In this document: in pieces, positions 53,804-63,614 of the stretch
How positions within the stretch are numbered: position 1 is the stretch's first letter
Layout of the letters: every line of letters begins with the position of its first letter
Source: Candidatus Latescibacterota bacterium
GTDB taxonomy: Bacteria; Latescibacterota; UBA2968
Direction: 5' to 3'
Length of the DNA: 64,000 nt
Assembly: GCA_965116885.1 (NCBI GenBank)
Contig: OZ220741.1
Coordinates: 4,512,001 to 4,576,000 of the forward strand
Notes under the pieces: generated by a model
Database searches by the model: none
The model's input: only the letters and a program-made list of their open reading frames with translations
What the model was told of the DNA's origin: nothing
Program-made: the position numbers and the translations under genes

Positions 53804-55399
53804 ATGACGCCCGTTATCTTATTCGGTATTACCGCGATTCTATCGGCGTTGTTCACAGCGGTTGCGCGCCTGATAGCACGCCGTTTTAATGCGCCCAACG
53901 CGCCTGTTTCAACACTGGGCGGTACAGCTTTGCTGGCCGCTCTTTTTTGTGGCTTCTATTTTTTGCCCCAATCGCTCCCTTTGGGCCTCGTCATCGGTGC
54001 TGTGGGGATGGCACTTATCGGCATTTTAGATGACTGGAAGCCTTTTGCACCGCTGCACAAATTTGCGCTAACCCTCGCAGTTGCAGGCATTGCCGCCTGG
54101 CTCGGTCCGCGTATCCATCTCGCAAATATTATCTGGATAGACGCCACACTGACTGCGTTGTGGATGGTCTGGATGTGCCATGCGTTCAATGTTCTGGACA
54201 TGGAAGACGGTCTTTCCTCGGGTAGTGGAACCATTGCTTCATTGAGTTTGTGGATGATAAATGCAGGCGATTGGGCACTCGTAACAGCGGGTGCACTCCT
54301 GGGATATTTATTACACAATTTTCATCCCGCCCGTATCCTGATGGGCGATACCGGAAGCCTGTTAATTGGCTTTTTGCTGAGTGGTATGGCTATTTCTGTC
54401 GCAAATCATATTGGCGGTCTCCTGGGCGTCATCGGACCTCTGATTGCCCTGGGCTTACCTATCTTTGAAGCAATATTTATCAGTGCGCTCCGATTTGCCA
54501 AAGGCCGGTCCATTGTCCGACCCAGCCGAGATCACGTCGCACAGCGATTGATACAACGGGGGCTATCAGTGCGTGCAGCAGTCGCTCTGATGTGGTTGGC
54601 AGGCATTGTTTTGGGTAGTCTGGCCCTCGCGTTCGCCCTGGGACACTGGATCAGTCTGGTTGGTGTTGCGTGTCTCGCCATTGGTGCGTGGAGGGGATTG
54701 TCCTGCGTGGATATGGAAGGCGATGGATGTGATGGACGCCCGGTTGGCTTATTTGGCAAAAACTGGCTGATTCACCGCATAATGCGTCAGACAATGGAAG
54801 AAGTAAAGGAGATGGCGAGTGGAAAATTGCTGGATGTGGGGTGCGGCAATAAACCCTATGCCAGTATTTTTGGGGCACACGAGCAACAATACATCGGTCT
54901 GGAAAAAGGGCGCGAACGATATGAACGCGCCGATGTGTGGGGCGATGTGCTGGCCCTTCCCGTCCGCGATGATACCTGCGATACCGTGTTGTGCAATCAG
55001 GTCTTAGAACATGTGCCGCAGCCCCAATTGGCGATTGACGAAATGGCGCGCGTATTGCGACCGGGTGGCTATTTAATTCTCACCGCACCCCATATTTGGG
55101 GCTTGCACGAAGTCCCCCATGATTATTTTCGCTTTACGCCCTATGGCTTGCGCCATCTCGCTGAGAAATCGGGCCTGACGGTCCATACAACGCGCGCGCT
55201 TGCGGGATTTTGGGTCACAGCCGGAACGCGATTCTGTTATTATCTGGCGCGTTTTGAACGCGGTCCTCTAATCCCCTTTGTGCGCATTGGATTTTTTATC
55301 GTCCAACTCGGTGCTCTATTTTTAGATCGCTTGCACCGCGTGGAGAGCGAGGCGTGGAATTTTTTGCTCATCGCACAAAAGGACTTATCCCATGAGTGA
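53804..55399 (+). CDS. Fusion: WecA/TagO (MraY-like) polyprenyl-phosphate sugar-phosphate transferase + class I SAM methyltransferase
   Basis: N-part GILDD, AFNVLDMEDG, NFHPARILMGDTGS; C-part LDVGCG, QVLEHVP, RVLRPGG, H..P.DYFRFT. Confidence 0.8.
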   Translation: MTPVILFGITAILSALFTAVARLIARRFNAPNAPVSTLGGTALLAALFCGFYFLPQSLPLGLVIGAVGMALIGILDDWKPFAPLHKFALTLAVAGIAAWLGPRIHLANIIWIDATLTALWMVWMCHAFNVLDMEDGLSSGSGTIASLSLWMINAGDWALVTAGALLGYLLHNFHPARILMGDTGSLLIGFLLSGMAISVANHIGGLLGVIGPLIALGLPIFEAIFISALRFAKGRSIVRPSRDHVAQRLIQRGLSVRAAVALMWLAGIVLGSLALAFALGHWISLVGVACLAIGAWRGLSCVDMEGDGCDGRPVGLFGKNWLIHRIMRQTMEEVKEMASGKLLDVGCGNKPYASIFGAHEQQYIGLEKGRERYERADVWGDVLALPVRDDTCDTVLCNQVLEHVPQPQLAIDEMARVLRPGGYLILTAPHIWGLHEVPHDYFRFTPYGLRHLAEKSGLTVHTTRALAGFWVTAGTRFCYYLARFERGPLIPFVRIGFFIVQLGALFLDRLHRVESEAWNFLLIAQKDLSHE

Positions 55400-57545
55400 T
55401 TTTATCGCGTCCATCAAAGCCAATTTTAATAAGCGGTACCCGGGTATCCACCATGCGATCGTGAAGCACTACTTCACATCTATCATCATCCCGATCATCT
55501 TCTTTGCATTTATCCTTCGATATTTCCAATTAAACATCGGTTTGCCCTATTTGTATTTCTGGGATGAACCGCTTACAGCCAGCAACGCGCTTCAGATGAT
55601 AAAAACGGGGGATTACAACCCCCATTTTTTTAAGTACGGTTCTCTGATGATTTATTTGAACCTGCTGATCGATCAGTTATACCGTATTTATCTCTCACTC
55701 GCAGGCGGGTTGGCAAGCGTGGAAAATATACGCATTGAAGCCGACACAGGTTGGCACTGGACGATATCTCATCCGAGCTTTTATTTTTGGAATCGTTTTT
55801 TGACCACCACAATGGGCACCGCAACAGTATTTATCACATATTTAATCAGCAGAACGATATGCAACAGATGGACGGGCATCATATCGGCCTTTTTTTTGTC
55901 TATTCTCCCGATCCACATTGTTCATTCGGGCTTTGTGACAATGGACGCGCCAGTTGCCCTATTTGTCTCGCTTGTCGCCCTATTCTCCATTTTGTTTATC
56001 AACCAAAAAAAAACTATCTATTTCATTTTTAGCTTAATATGCGTCGGATTTGCCACAGCGACAAAATACAATTCGGGCCTGACAATTTTGCTCCCCATTA
56101 CATCGCTAATTTGGATGTTTTATCGGGATGAAATTCCACGCCAAAAATTTTATTGGCTCGCGATCCCCTGCCTGCCCACGGTGACTTTCTTTCTCTCTAT
56201 GCCCTATGCAATTCTCGACTTTCCGAATTTTATCAAAGACATTTTACACCAAATTAATTACTACAAAACCACGGGACACCCCGGCGCAACAATCAACTCT
56301 GGATGGGATTATTTTTCGTTTCAGATACGAGAATTTTACCAAAACATCGGACTAATAGGCACCTTCCTGTTTGCAATCGGTCTGGTGGGGACAATTTCTC
56401 GCCCTGTATTGCTCCTCATCTTATTATTCCCCGTGAGCTATCTTTTATTTATGAGCGGCATGACCGTCAATTTTCACCGCAATTTTATACAGGTGTACCC
56501 ATTTATCGCCATTTTTGCAGGTGTTGCGTTTTACAATCTACATGTGGCATTGAAGCACTTTTACCCAAAGCTCAAAAAACCAATTCCGATTATATGTCTC
56601 GCAGCCGCGCTCGTTTTACTCCCGCGAGCTTATGACGCCTATCAAACGGGCAGGGTATTGCACAACACCAGAGATACCAGAAGCACAGTTATAGATACTC
56701 TCAACGCGATGGAAGGTGTGCAAAAAATCGTCTTTGCCAGAGAACTGCGTGTGCACGAACAAGACCTCAACAGATTAAAATATGACTATTCAATACAACC
56801 CATAGAAATAATGAGCGCGGAGCAAAATAGAGACCGCACACACTATGTCTTGCCCGTCGAAATATCTCAGATTTACACTTATCACCATAAGGAAATACAG
56901 ACCAAACAAACAATTATCGACAAAATCTCCGGCGAACATATCCTGCAATACATCGACAACAATTACATCGGGCAAAATATTGGCAAAGATTACATCAAAC
57001 AAAATGCCGCAACCATGCTCGATGTATTCTCCACGAGTCCCTCGCTGATCATCGCAAATCAGATACCACACGAACCGTCGCACCCTGGCACTATTGCATT
57101 TGATACCTGCAAGCTATCTCCCACAGGCGTGCAAATCAACATCCGCAATACCGCAATACTTCGCGATGGCGTCATAACAACCCCGGCTTACGACCTGAAA
57201 CCCGGAAAATACCTGTTCACCTTTCAAACAAAAAAATCTGTGACACCAGAACGATCACAAAGCTTTGTTTTTGGAGAATACGAAACAAGAATCACAGTAA
57301 AACGCCTGAATGCGTTCCGCGAACATGCGAGTATCAAAGTTTCAATCTTTACGGACCAGACGCTCTTAACGCAACAAATATTCATCCCAACAGAGAATTT
57401 CGCCCAAATGGATGCCTTTTTTTCGCTCGAAAAAAACCAGCGCGTTTCAGTCCAAATAGAGAATCTCCCTGATATATCCGCCTCTCTTTTACCTGTAGAA
57501 ACAACGATTAAGCAACTGAAAATAGAAAAAGCAGGTAAAAGGTAA
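55392..57545 (+). CDS. GT-C glycosyltransferase (ArnT/PMT family) with large C-terminal extracytoplasmic domain
   Basis: WDEP, YNPHFFKYG, ATKYN, PY; multi-TM N-half. Confidence 0.75.
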   Translation: MSDFIASIKANFNKRYPGIHHAIVKHYFTSIIIPIIFFAFILRYFQLNIGLPYLYFWDEPLTASNALQMIKTGDYNPHFFKYGSLMIYLNLLIDQLYRIYLSLAGGLASVENIRIEADTGWHWTISHPSFYFWNRFLTTTMGTATVFITYLISRTICNRWTGIISAFFLSILPIHIVHSGFVTMDAPVALFVSLVALFSILFINQKKTIYFIFSLICVGFATATKYNSGLTILLPITSLIWMFYRDEIPRQKFYWLAIPCLPTVTFFLSMPYAILDFPNFIKDILHQINYYKTTGHPGATINSGWDYFSFQIREFYQNIGLIGTFLFAIGLVGTISRPVLLLILLFPVSYLLFMSGMTVNFHRNFIQVYPFIAIFAGVAFYNLHVALKHFYPKLKKPIPIICLAAALVLLPRAYDAYQTGRVLHNTRDTRSTVIDTLNAMEGVQKIVFARELRVHEQDLNRLKYDYSIQPIEIMSAEQNRDRTHYVLPVEISQIYTYHHKEIQTKQTIIDKISGEHILQYIDNNYIGQNIGKDYIKQNAATMLDVFSTSPSLIIANQIPHEPSHPGTIAFDTCKLSPTGVQINIRNTAILRDGVITTPAYDLKPGKYLFTFQTKKSVTPERSQSFVFGEYETRITVKRLNAFREHASIKVSIFTDQTLLTQQIFIPTENFAQMDAFFSLEKNQRVSVQIENLPDISASLLPVETTIKQLKIEKAGKR

Positions 57546-57755
57546 GACGACCCTACCCTATCCCCCTCATATCTCACGTCTCACCGCCTTTTACTGTTGT
57601 AAAAATTCACACCTGTGCCATTGCGTCACATATCCCGCTTTTTCTTATATTTTATATCCTATTGTAATTAAACAAGTTAAAAATATTCAAGCCAATTGGC
57701 ACGCCATTTGCATAACACTTTACCGCACGCAAAAACCCCAACGGAGAAATGTGCG

Positions 57756-59114
57756 GTGAAAACAATTTACTACACAGTGCTTCTGATAGCCATCTCGCTA
57801 CACGGCTGCACCTCCTATTCTCACTTTTCGGGCGACTTTCGCACGAGCCTGCGCGCGCGTAACTACGAAGACGCCCGTGCAAAAATCAAAAAGTCGAGAA
57901 AAAGAGGCAACCAATTGCTCTATCTCCTCGAAAATGGCCTCCTCACCCACTATCAGGGCCACTACGAAACATCCAACCGCTATTTTGCCGAAGCCGAGCG
58001 GCTATCTGATCGACTCTACACCCGCTCAGTTTCCCGAGAAGCCGCCGCATTTTTAACCAACGACGCCATACGCAACTACCGCGGCGACAGCTTTGAAATG
58101 GTTGCCATTCACTACTATCGCGCGCTGAACTACTGGTACCTGGGCCTCCCAGAAGACGCCCTTGTCGAATGTCGCAAAGCCAATTTGAAACTCGACCAAT
58201 ACGCCATTCACAACGGACAGGCGAGTTACAAAAATGACGCCTTCATTCACTACATCACCGGCCTGTTCTACGAAGCCACCGGCGAATACAACGACGCCCG
58301 CGTCTCCTATCAGCACGCACAAGACGCCTATTTGTACTACAAAAAAAAGTTCCATATCGCCCCGCCTCAAACCATCGCTGAAGATCTCGAACAGGTAGAT
58401 AACATTCTCAATGGCGAGGAAGCCGACATGCGTTTTGCCTCGCTCAACATCCCGCCCTTTGTCCCACCTGTGGGCAATGGCGAACTCGTGATCTTTTCTG
58501 AAATCGGTTTTATCCCCCGCAAAGTGCAAGAAGAAATAGATCTCCCCATTTACGAAGAGGACATAAAGCGCGGCAAAGGCGACAAAATATCTTCCATCGC
58601 CACCGAGATCTCACGCCGCCATCACCGCGTATATCCCATTCGCGATGTCGATTACTGGTTGCGTGTCGCCCTTCCCAAATACGAAGCCGTTGCCCCGCGC
58701 ACAAAGCGCATTCTCATCCGCGCAGGAAACCGCACCATTCAAACGCAGATCGCCCAAAATTACGCCACAATTGCAAAAACATCGCTCCGGGATCACTACC
58801 CGAGAATTATGATCAGAACAATTGCACGCGGGCTTGTGAAATACATAGCCCACCGAGAGGCCAAAGACGAAAATGAAGTCCTCGGTTTTTTCGTCAACCT
58901 GTTCAACATCTCAACCGAAATCGCCGACACGCGCAGTTGGATCTCCTTGCCCCACAATATTCAAATCGGCCGCCTCGAACTGCCACCCGGCACTCACACC
59001 ATCACACTCGAAGCACTCGACGCCAACGGACGCATTATCGAAACCGAAACATTTACCAACATCGAAATCAAACCCGGTCAACGAACGTTCTTGAATCACA
59101 GAGTCTATCAATAA
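57756..59114 (+). CDS. COG3014-like TPR lipoprotein
   Basis: GTG start after GGAG; lipobox LHGC; Y.G..FE...IHYY.ALNY; ADTRSWISLP. Confidence 0.75.
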   Translation: MKTIYYTVLLIAISLHGCTSYSHFSGDFRTSLRARNYEDARAKIKKSRKRGNQLLYLLENGLLTHYQGHYETSNRYFAEAERLSDRLYTRSVSREAAAFLTNDAIRNYRGDSFEMVAIHYYRALNYWYLGLPEDALVECRKANLKLDQYAIHNGQASYKNDAFIHYITGLFYEATGEYNDARVSYQHAQDAYLYYKKKFHIAPPQTIAEDLEQVDNILNGEEADMRFASLNIPPFVPPVGNGELVIFSEIGFIPRKVQEEIDLPIYEEDIKRGKGDKISSIATEISRRHHRVYPIRDVDYWLRVALPKYEAVAPRTKRILIRAGNRTIQTQIAQNYATIAKTSLRDHYPRIMIRTIARGLVKYIAHREAKDENEVLGFFVNLFNISTEIADTRSWISLPHNIQIGRLELPPGTHTITLEALDANGRIIETETFTNIEIKPGQRTFLNHRVYQ

Positions 59115-59133
59115 TTCCACAAGGAGGAACACA

Positions 59134-59949
59134 ATGACAATTCCACATCGCAGCCTTTTGCCGATCATCATTTTCAGCCTGTTGGTCATGCCAACGGCAA
59201 ACGCGGCAAAACCAGACCTGCCGCCCACGCGGGGCATCGTCGTCAACCTCGTCGAATGGGACGGCGGAGAACTGCCCGCAGTTTATGAACGCACGGACCA
59301 ACTCCCCTTCACCCGTGAGGACCTGTTGCAATTGGTACAAAGCGACTTTAAACCCGATCAAATCGCACAGATGATTTCCGAGCGGCGATATGCGGGCGAT
59401 GCGTCTGCCGAAGGGCTGATTGAGCTCAAACAAGCTGGTCTTGAGTCCGTCGTGATACAGGCCATCTCCAAACACGCGCTCGCGCCCAACCAATCGCTCA
59501 ACCTCACCATTTACCTGACCTTTGACGGCCCTTCCCAAACAGCGCGCCATCGCTTCCTCTACGTCATCATTCCCGACGGCGAGATCCAGCGCGTCTTCAC
59601 CGCAGACTTAAACACCGTGCTCGCCGGACAGTGGAAAAGAGACACCCTGATCGATGCCACAGACCCCTTGATTCCGCGAAAAATCCGGCGCGTCACCTTC
59701 TCGGGAACAATCCCGCTCAAAACACACGGCAGCAAAACTGTTCGCATCTTCACATCTTCGCGTCCGGGCATCCATCAAATCGACGAGATACCGGCGATAG
59801 ACCTCTCGCGGGTTCAAACATATCAAATGGATTACCCAGTCAGTTCACCCATTCAAGACTGCCGCGCCTACATTCGCTACAAACAGGATGTGGTGTTACC
59901 CGATAAATGGCACATGATGGACACGCGCATGGAATGCGAGTGGCGATAA
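59134..59949 (+). CDS. Hypothetical exported protein
   Basis: RBS AGGAGG; signal peptide ending ANA; no recognised family. Confidence 0.7.
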   Translation: MTIPHRSLLPIIIFSLLVMPTANAAKPDLPPTRGIVVNLVEWDGGELPAVYERTDQLPFTREDLLQLVQSDFKPDQIAQMISERRYAGDASAEGLIELKQAGLESVVIQAISKHALAPNQSLNLTIYLTFDGPSQTARHRFLYVIIPDGEIQRVFTADLNTVLAGQWKRDTLIDATDPLIPRKIRRVTFSGTIPLKTHGSKTVRIFTSSRPGIHQIDEIPAIDLSRVQTYQMDYPVSSPIQDCRAYIRYKQDVVLPDKWHMMDTRMECEWR

Positions 59950-60051
59950 GACACGCCTTTCGCCTTTCATCTGCGTTTATCTGCGAAAAACGCTCAAATT
60001 ACTCGCGTTTTTTTCTGCGGATACTTTCACCTCTCAACAAGGAGTTAAGCC

Positions 60052-60639
60052 ATGAAACTCATCACCTATGCAGCAATCGTCCTCATCGGTATCACAACCG
60101 GATGCGCTGGTCCCAGAGCCTTTACAAAAGGGACCTATGAAGATCCCAAAACCATTGCCCTGCTCGACGACCGCTTTAACGAAAACGACATGCAACTCAT
60201 CGCCAAAAAAGTCGTCAATTCAATCCTCGAAGCACCGTTGAACAGGCCCGAACCCGCCATCATGCTCGGCAAAATGCGCAATCGCACCACCGAACACATC
60301 GACATGGTGGCCCTCTCTGACAAAATTAAAACCGCATTGATCCAGAGCGGCAAAGTGCGCTTTGTCGATGTCAACAACCGGAAAGACATCGCCACAGAAT
60401 ACGAATATCAACAATCGGGCTATGTCGATCCCGCACAGGCCAAGGCACCGGGCAAACAGACCGGATCAGACCTGATCCTCACCGGCACGCTCAGCGCGAA
60501 CGTGCAGGAAGTGGGCAAAGACAAACTCATCTACTACAAAGCCACCTTCCAACTGACGGACCTGGTCTCATCAGAAATTATATGGACCGACGAAAAAGAA
60601 ATCCGCAAAGCCTATAAAAAGCGCAGCATAGGATTGTAA
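60052..60639 (+). CDS. LpoB-family (penicillin-binding protein activator / CsgG-like) lipoprotein
   Basis: RBS AAGGAG; lipobox TTGC; NRTTEHID, LIQSGKVRFV, YQQSGYVD, IIWTDEKEIRK. Confidence 0.8.
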   Translation: MKLITYAAIVLIGITTGCAGPRAFTKGTYEDPKTIALLDDRFNENDMQLIAKKVVNSILEAPLNRPEPAIMLGKMRNRTTEHIDMVALSDKIKTALIQSGKVRFVDVNNRKDIATEYEYQQSGYVDPAQAKAPGKQTGSDLILTGTLSANVQEVGKDKLIYYKATFQLTDLVSSEIIWTDEKEIRKAYKKRSIGL

Positions 60640-60760
60640 TTGTGCTGGAGGCCTGAGATTATTAGGTTGGAATTACGAGGAATCGAGCATTAAAAATTAA
60701 GGGGTGGGTATCCTGTACATCCTTCCATCCTTTAATCCCGATCCAGAAAGGAGCAAAACC

Positions 60761-61306
60761 ATGAAACACCTGTTATACACACTCGCAATCGCTATACTTT
60801 TGGGGAGCAGCGCCAGCGCGCAAACTGGCCGCACTGATGGGGCGGAAGAAAGCGAATTTGGCAAAGGGGGGTACCCTTTTGGCAGTCCGAGCCATCGCGT
60901 CTATCTCAACACTGCCTTTGGCTCCGGATTTTTTGATCTGACGGACGTCAACAAAACGCGCACGGGTTTTCTCTACGGGATTGAACTCGGCGTCGAAATG
61001 GACCAGTGGCTCGGCATTCAGGCAGGCTATAATTATCTTTCTGACCGCGACATGTCCATCTTCAGCCTCGGCTCGCGTTTTGCCTACGCCTTTGACCCCT
61101 TTGTGTACCACGTCTCGCTCAACGCCGGGCTATACGCACCCACTGAAGGCAGCCGCAACTTTGGCCTGGCACCCGGCGCTGGCATAGACATCGTCCTCCA
61201 CAAAAGGGTGCGTATCGGACTCGACTACAAACACGACTTTATCTTTACCGACAACCGCACCACCGACATGGACCGGATTTACGCGGGTCTCAAATTCTTC
61301 TTTTAA
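60761..61306 (+). CDS. Small outer-membrane beta-barrel protein (OmpA-like transmembrane domain)
   Basis: RBS AAGGAG; signal peptide; alternating beta strands; C-terminal F. Confidence 0.7.
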   Translation: MKHLLYTLAIAILLGSSASAQTGRTDGAEESEFGKGGYPFGSPSHRVYLNTAFGSGFFDLTDVNKTRTGFLYGIELGVEMDQWLGIQAGYNYLSDRDMSIFSLGSRFAYAFDPFVYHVSLNAGLYAPTEGSRNFGLAPGAGIDIVLHKRVRIGLDYKHDFIFTDNRTTDMDRIYAGLKFFF

Positions 61307-61308
61307 TG

Positions 61309-61347
61309 AAAAAACAAGAGGCGAGGGACTGTTTGGCCCTCGCCTCT
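61309..61347 (-). terminator. Intrinsic terminator between convergent genes
   Basis: AGAGGCGAGGG/CCCTCGCCTCT 11-bp stem; TGTTTTTT tail on minus strand. Confidence 0.75.
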
Positions 61348-61376
61348 CTCCGTCTTAGCCACCTGTCACATATCAC

Positions 61377-62399
61377 CTATCCAAACACCTCACTCGCGAC
61401 AAAAGCCATACCCAGTGCAGCGGCAGAATCGCCGCCGCGCGCCCATTCAAATTGCGTTGAAACAGCCTGCGTATCAAAGGGATTTTCGAGATAGATCGGC
61501 CACGACCCACCCTCAAAACCTTCGATTACCCACGCCATATACCGATCGCGAAAAGACGCTTCTGAAAGTCCCCCACCGATCACCACAAGCCCCGGATCGA
61601 ATAACCGCACCCAATTGGCTATCGCATAACCCAGAATAAATGCTTGCTCCTTAAAAAGCGACACCGCGAGCGGATCGCCATTTTCCGCGTAATCGCGGAG
61701 TTGATACGCCTTTTCTTCAATCGACGCATCAGAAGCATTCAGCGCGTGATCCATCCATTTATCCCCCGCCAATTCAATCCCCAGCCTGCGTCGCAATGCC
61801 ATAAGCGACACCCAGGCCTCCGTACATCCCTTCAGACCACACGAGCAAGCTGGCAACTCCCCATCCACCTCCCGAAACGGAACCGAAGCATGCCCCACTT
61901 CCAGCGCGAGACCATTTGCCCCCTCGTAAATTTGCCCACCTGGCAAAACCAACCCACCGCCCAAACCCGTTCCAGGTGCGACGAGCAGAAGGCCTGCATC
62001 GGAATCCGGCCGCGCCGCGTATTCACCCGCCGCCGCTGCATTGCCATCATTCGTCATATACACGGGCACCCCCACATACGCAGAAAACTCGCCGCGAATA
62101 TTTGTTCCCACCCAATCCGCACCCAGATTGGCCTGCACCCGAATCACGCCATTGCTACTCGGCGCGGGCACATCCAGCCCAATACCCGCAATATCCGATT
62201 GACGCCTTCCAGCGCGGTCCGTCAATAACAACAGCGCTTCCTCAAGTTGTGCAAACGTCGCCTCATATCCTTCTTTGACGCGACTGGGCACCTCCACCAT
62301 ATCACCCAATAAATTGCCTGAAGTATCGACGAGAATGGACTTCACACTCGTCCCACCGACGTCCAACCCTGCAAAACAGCGCGTATCACTGGCTTTCAT
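61377..62399 (-). CDS. ROK family sugar kinase
   Basis: GLDVGGT, NDGNAAA, GTGLGGG, EVGH, CSCGLKGCTE zinc motif; no HTH. Confidence 0.88.
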   Translation of the reverse strand: MKASDTRCFAGLDVGGTSVKSILVDTSGNLLGDMVEVPSRVKEGYEATFAQLEEALLLLTDRAGRRQSDIAGIGLDVPAPSSNGVIRVQANLGADWVGTNIRGEFSAYVGVPVYMTNDGNAAAAGEYAARPDSDAGLLLVAPGTGLGGGLVLPGGQIYEGANGLALEVGHASVPFREVDGELPACSCGLKGCTEAWVSLMALRRRLGIELAGDKWMDHALNASDASIEEKAYQLRDYAENGDPLAVSLFKEQAFILGYAIANWVRLFDPGLVVIGGGLSEASFRDRYMAWVIEGFEGGSWPIYLENPFDTQAVSTQFEWARGGDSAAALGMAFVASEVFG

Positions 62400-62412
62400 A
62401 ACACCTTCCTTA

Positions 62413-63588
62413 TCACCGTGTAATCACAAACAACTGACGCGTACCATCTCTGGAAATCGATGGAAAAAGCACCCGGTCACTTGTGCGATTCCAGCAAGGC
62501 GCGGGATCGCTCCTCAAATCCCCCGATATCCACGCCCCCTGATCGTATCGCTCAGTCCGTGCCCAAGCACCGTCAGCCATGCGATACATCACATAAACCG
62601 TTCCGCACTTTGGTCCCGAACCATTGATGATCCACTTTCCATCTGGAGAAAACGCATTGTCTCCGCCAGGCTCTGGAAAAACAGACTGATCTCCCAGGGT
62701 CCGTACAATTTTCTGCTCATCGGTATCGTACACCACCAGATCATCCGCATTGTGACCGAGAATCTCATGCCCTTCCAACCACTCGGGATGACCACCAATA
62801 AAAACCTTCTGGATGGTCAGATCACTGCCATCGGGATTCACGGTAAAAGGCACATTGAGCCGCGCTTCGCGCTTATTGAACTTGCCCCGCGCATAAAAAT
62901 AAATCCGATCATCATCGCGGTTCCACAGCGTATGATTGATAAACATCTCCTTGCTCTCAACCCCCGGGTGGTAATCCCGCAACGCATCTCTCAATTGGGC
63001 AAAAGATACAATCAGCTCTTTTTTACCGGTATTCACATCAACCTTAAAAATTCCATCGTCCTCGGGATGAACAACCCCTTCGGTCCAGTCCGCCGCGCCG
63101 AGATACCCCGTCACCAACCGCAGACGCGCCATGCGCGCGTAATTTAATCCCAGAAAATAGCCGCCATTTTGCGCCACGCCGCTATTGCCAAACGACGTAT
63201 CCTCATAGCGATATTCGCGGATCCTCCTCCCTTCGGAAATATCGAACAAAACCGTGAAAACCTTCTGCGTCTCTGGATCCCGATCATTAAAGAAAAACTG
63301 CGTCTCTGGCGATTCGGGATTCCAATAAAACATCGTGCCCTGCTGCGGATTCCACCCCTGAGACTGGTCAACCACCTGGATCGAATAGCCATTCTCAGTA
63401 TCGATCAAAATCACATCCGCGGCCTCACCAGGCCCGGGCATATGATCCTGAAAGTCATTCCGCAACGCGACGATATAGCGGCCGCTCTGATTCCAGGGAA
63501 TGGTCTGCGACTGACCGATATAACCAAAAAAGTGATGTTTGGGACCATACGTGATTTGCTCTACTTCAAGCTCAAATGAATCTGCCAA
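62413..63588 (-). CDS. Hypothetical beta-propeller protein (TolB/oligogalacturonate-lyase-like)
   Basis: TTG start after GGAGAA; HHFFGY, NHTLWN, GHPEW, AFSPDGKW, DPAPCW repeats. Confidence 0.6.
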   Translation of the reverse strand: MADSFELEVEQITYGPKHHFFGYIGQSQTIPWNQSGRYIVALRNDFQDHMPGPGEAADVILIDTENGYSIQVVDQSQGWNPQQGTMFYWNPESPETQFFFNDRDPETQKVFTVLFDISEGRRIREYRYEDTSFGNSGVAQNGGYFLGLNYARMARLRLVTGYLGAADWTEGVVHPEDDGIFKVDVNTGKKELIVSFAQLRDALRDYHPGVESKEMFINHTLWNRDDDRIYFYARGKFNKREARLNVPFTVNPDGSDLTIQKVFIGGHPEWLEGHEILGHNADDLVVYDTDEQKIVRTLGDQSVFPEPGGDNAFSPDGKWIINGSGPKCGTVYVMYRMADGAWARTERYDQGAWISGDLRSDPAPCWNRTSDRVLFPSISRDGTRQLFVITR

Positions 63589-63614
63589 TTTGTTCTCCCC
63601 GTGGATATTATGGA

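Noticed and set aside
62275..63147. 290-aa plus-strand ORF
   Set aside because: Antisense to the beta-propeller and ROK genes, which have better motifs and RBS.
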